64,000 nucleotides of DNA from Somniosus microcephalus (taxonomy: Eukaryota): positions 192,076,001-192,140,000 of the forward strand of contig CM126202.1 of assembly GCA_052327205.1 (NCBI GenBank). The letters run 5' to 3'. The notes below the pieces were generated by a model. The model made no database searches. It had not been told where the DNA came from and worked only from the letters and a program-made list of their open reading frames with translations. A program made the translations under genes and the position numbers. Shown here piece after piece: positions 63,411-64,000 of the stretch (its first letter is position 1; each line of letters begins with the position of its first letter).

Positions 63411-63562
63411 GGGAGATGCCATTTGAGCCGCAGCGGAGAAGAAGGGAGAGCGCGGGAGACGCCATTTTTGAGCCGCAGCGGAGAAGAAGGGAGAGCGCGG
63501 GAGACGCCATTTTGAGCCACAGCAGAGAAGAAGGGAGAGTGCGGGAGATGCCATTTTTAGCC
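63411..63562 (+). repeat. Tandem repeat, 43-45 bp unit, ~3.5 copies, in the Gypsy 5' leader
   Basis: GGGAGAYGCCAT(T)nGAGCCGCAGCGGAGAAGAAGGGAGAGCGC units at 63411, 63454, 63499, 63543. Confidence 0.92.
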
Positions 63563-63581
63563 AGCCTAACCACACCCAGGG

Positions 63582-64000
63582 ATGCCGAAGAGTGGCAGTG
63601 TCACAGCATTCGACAATGAAGTCGAAGATTGGGCGACATATGTAGAACGCATAGAAGTGTACTGCAAGGCGAATGAAGTGCCAGATGCCAGGAAAGCACT
63701 GGTATTGTTGAATTCCATGGGTGCAAAAACGTATGGCTTACTGCGAAACCTAGTAACTCCAGAGAAGCCAGTGGAAAAGGATTTTGAAAGCATAGTGGCA
63801 ATCCTACAGGACCACTTAAACGCCACACCGCTGCTGATAGCAGAAAGATTTAAGTTTCACAAAAGGAACCAGCATAAAGACGAAAGTAATGCTGAGTATT
63901 TAACGGAACTGCGCAAGCTATCGAAACACTGCCAGTTTGGAACGGGACTAGCAGATACATTAAGGGACAAGTTTGTGTGTGGGCTTCAAAGAGAAGGAAC
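63582..64000 (+). CDS. Gypsy Gag N-terminus (runs off the window; absent from the ORF track)
   Basis: MPKSGSVTAFDNEVEDWATYVERIEVYCKAN...LIAERFKFHKRNQHKDES..EYLTELRKLSKHCQFG...LRDKFVCGL, open to 64000. Confidence 0.9.
   Translation, partial: MPKSGSVTAFDNEVEDWATYVERIEVYCKANEVPDARKALVLLNSMGAKTYGLLRNLVTPEKPVEKDFESIVAILQDHLNATPLLIAERFKFHKRNQHKDESNAEYLTELRKLSKHCQFGTGLADTLRDKFVCGLQREG

Overview
Vertebrate nuclear DNA, inferred to be a cartilaginous fish (shark-type CR1 LINEs, DeuSINE, GGG..AATT-ended MITEs). The only host protein-coding gene is a complete three-coding-exon NR2F1 (COUP-TFI) on the minus strand (CDS 10496-10046, 9328-8801, 7108-6834; 417 aa). Its core promoter is readable: a CArG/TATA overlap at -31, an Inr at 11243 and a DR1 element just downstream. 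The first ~24-25 kb around the gene has no recognisable transposons and contains several CNE-like blocks. From ~25 kb onward (upstream gene desert) the window is dense in mobile DNA: CR1 and L2 LINE fragments, DeuSINEs, a family of PIF/Harbinger-type elements (one retaining a Myb/SANT remnant), a Tigger remnant, a solo LTR, and the 5' end of a young Gypsy element. Most notable: (i) a nest at 57.1-61.1 kb where one DeuSINE was hit by three young CpG-rich MITEs and a CR1, creating long inverted repeats, each MITE carrying a CRE palindrome plus an RFX X-box; (ii) a candidate alternatively spliced 5'-leader intron of NR2F1 containing a uORF; (iii) a tandem YY1-motif array in the Gypsy leader. No CRISPR array, rRNA or intact tRNA gene was seen. 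All family assignments are from recalled motifs, not database searches.
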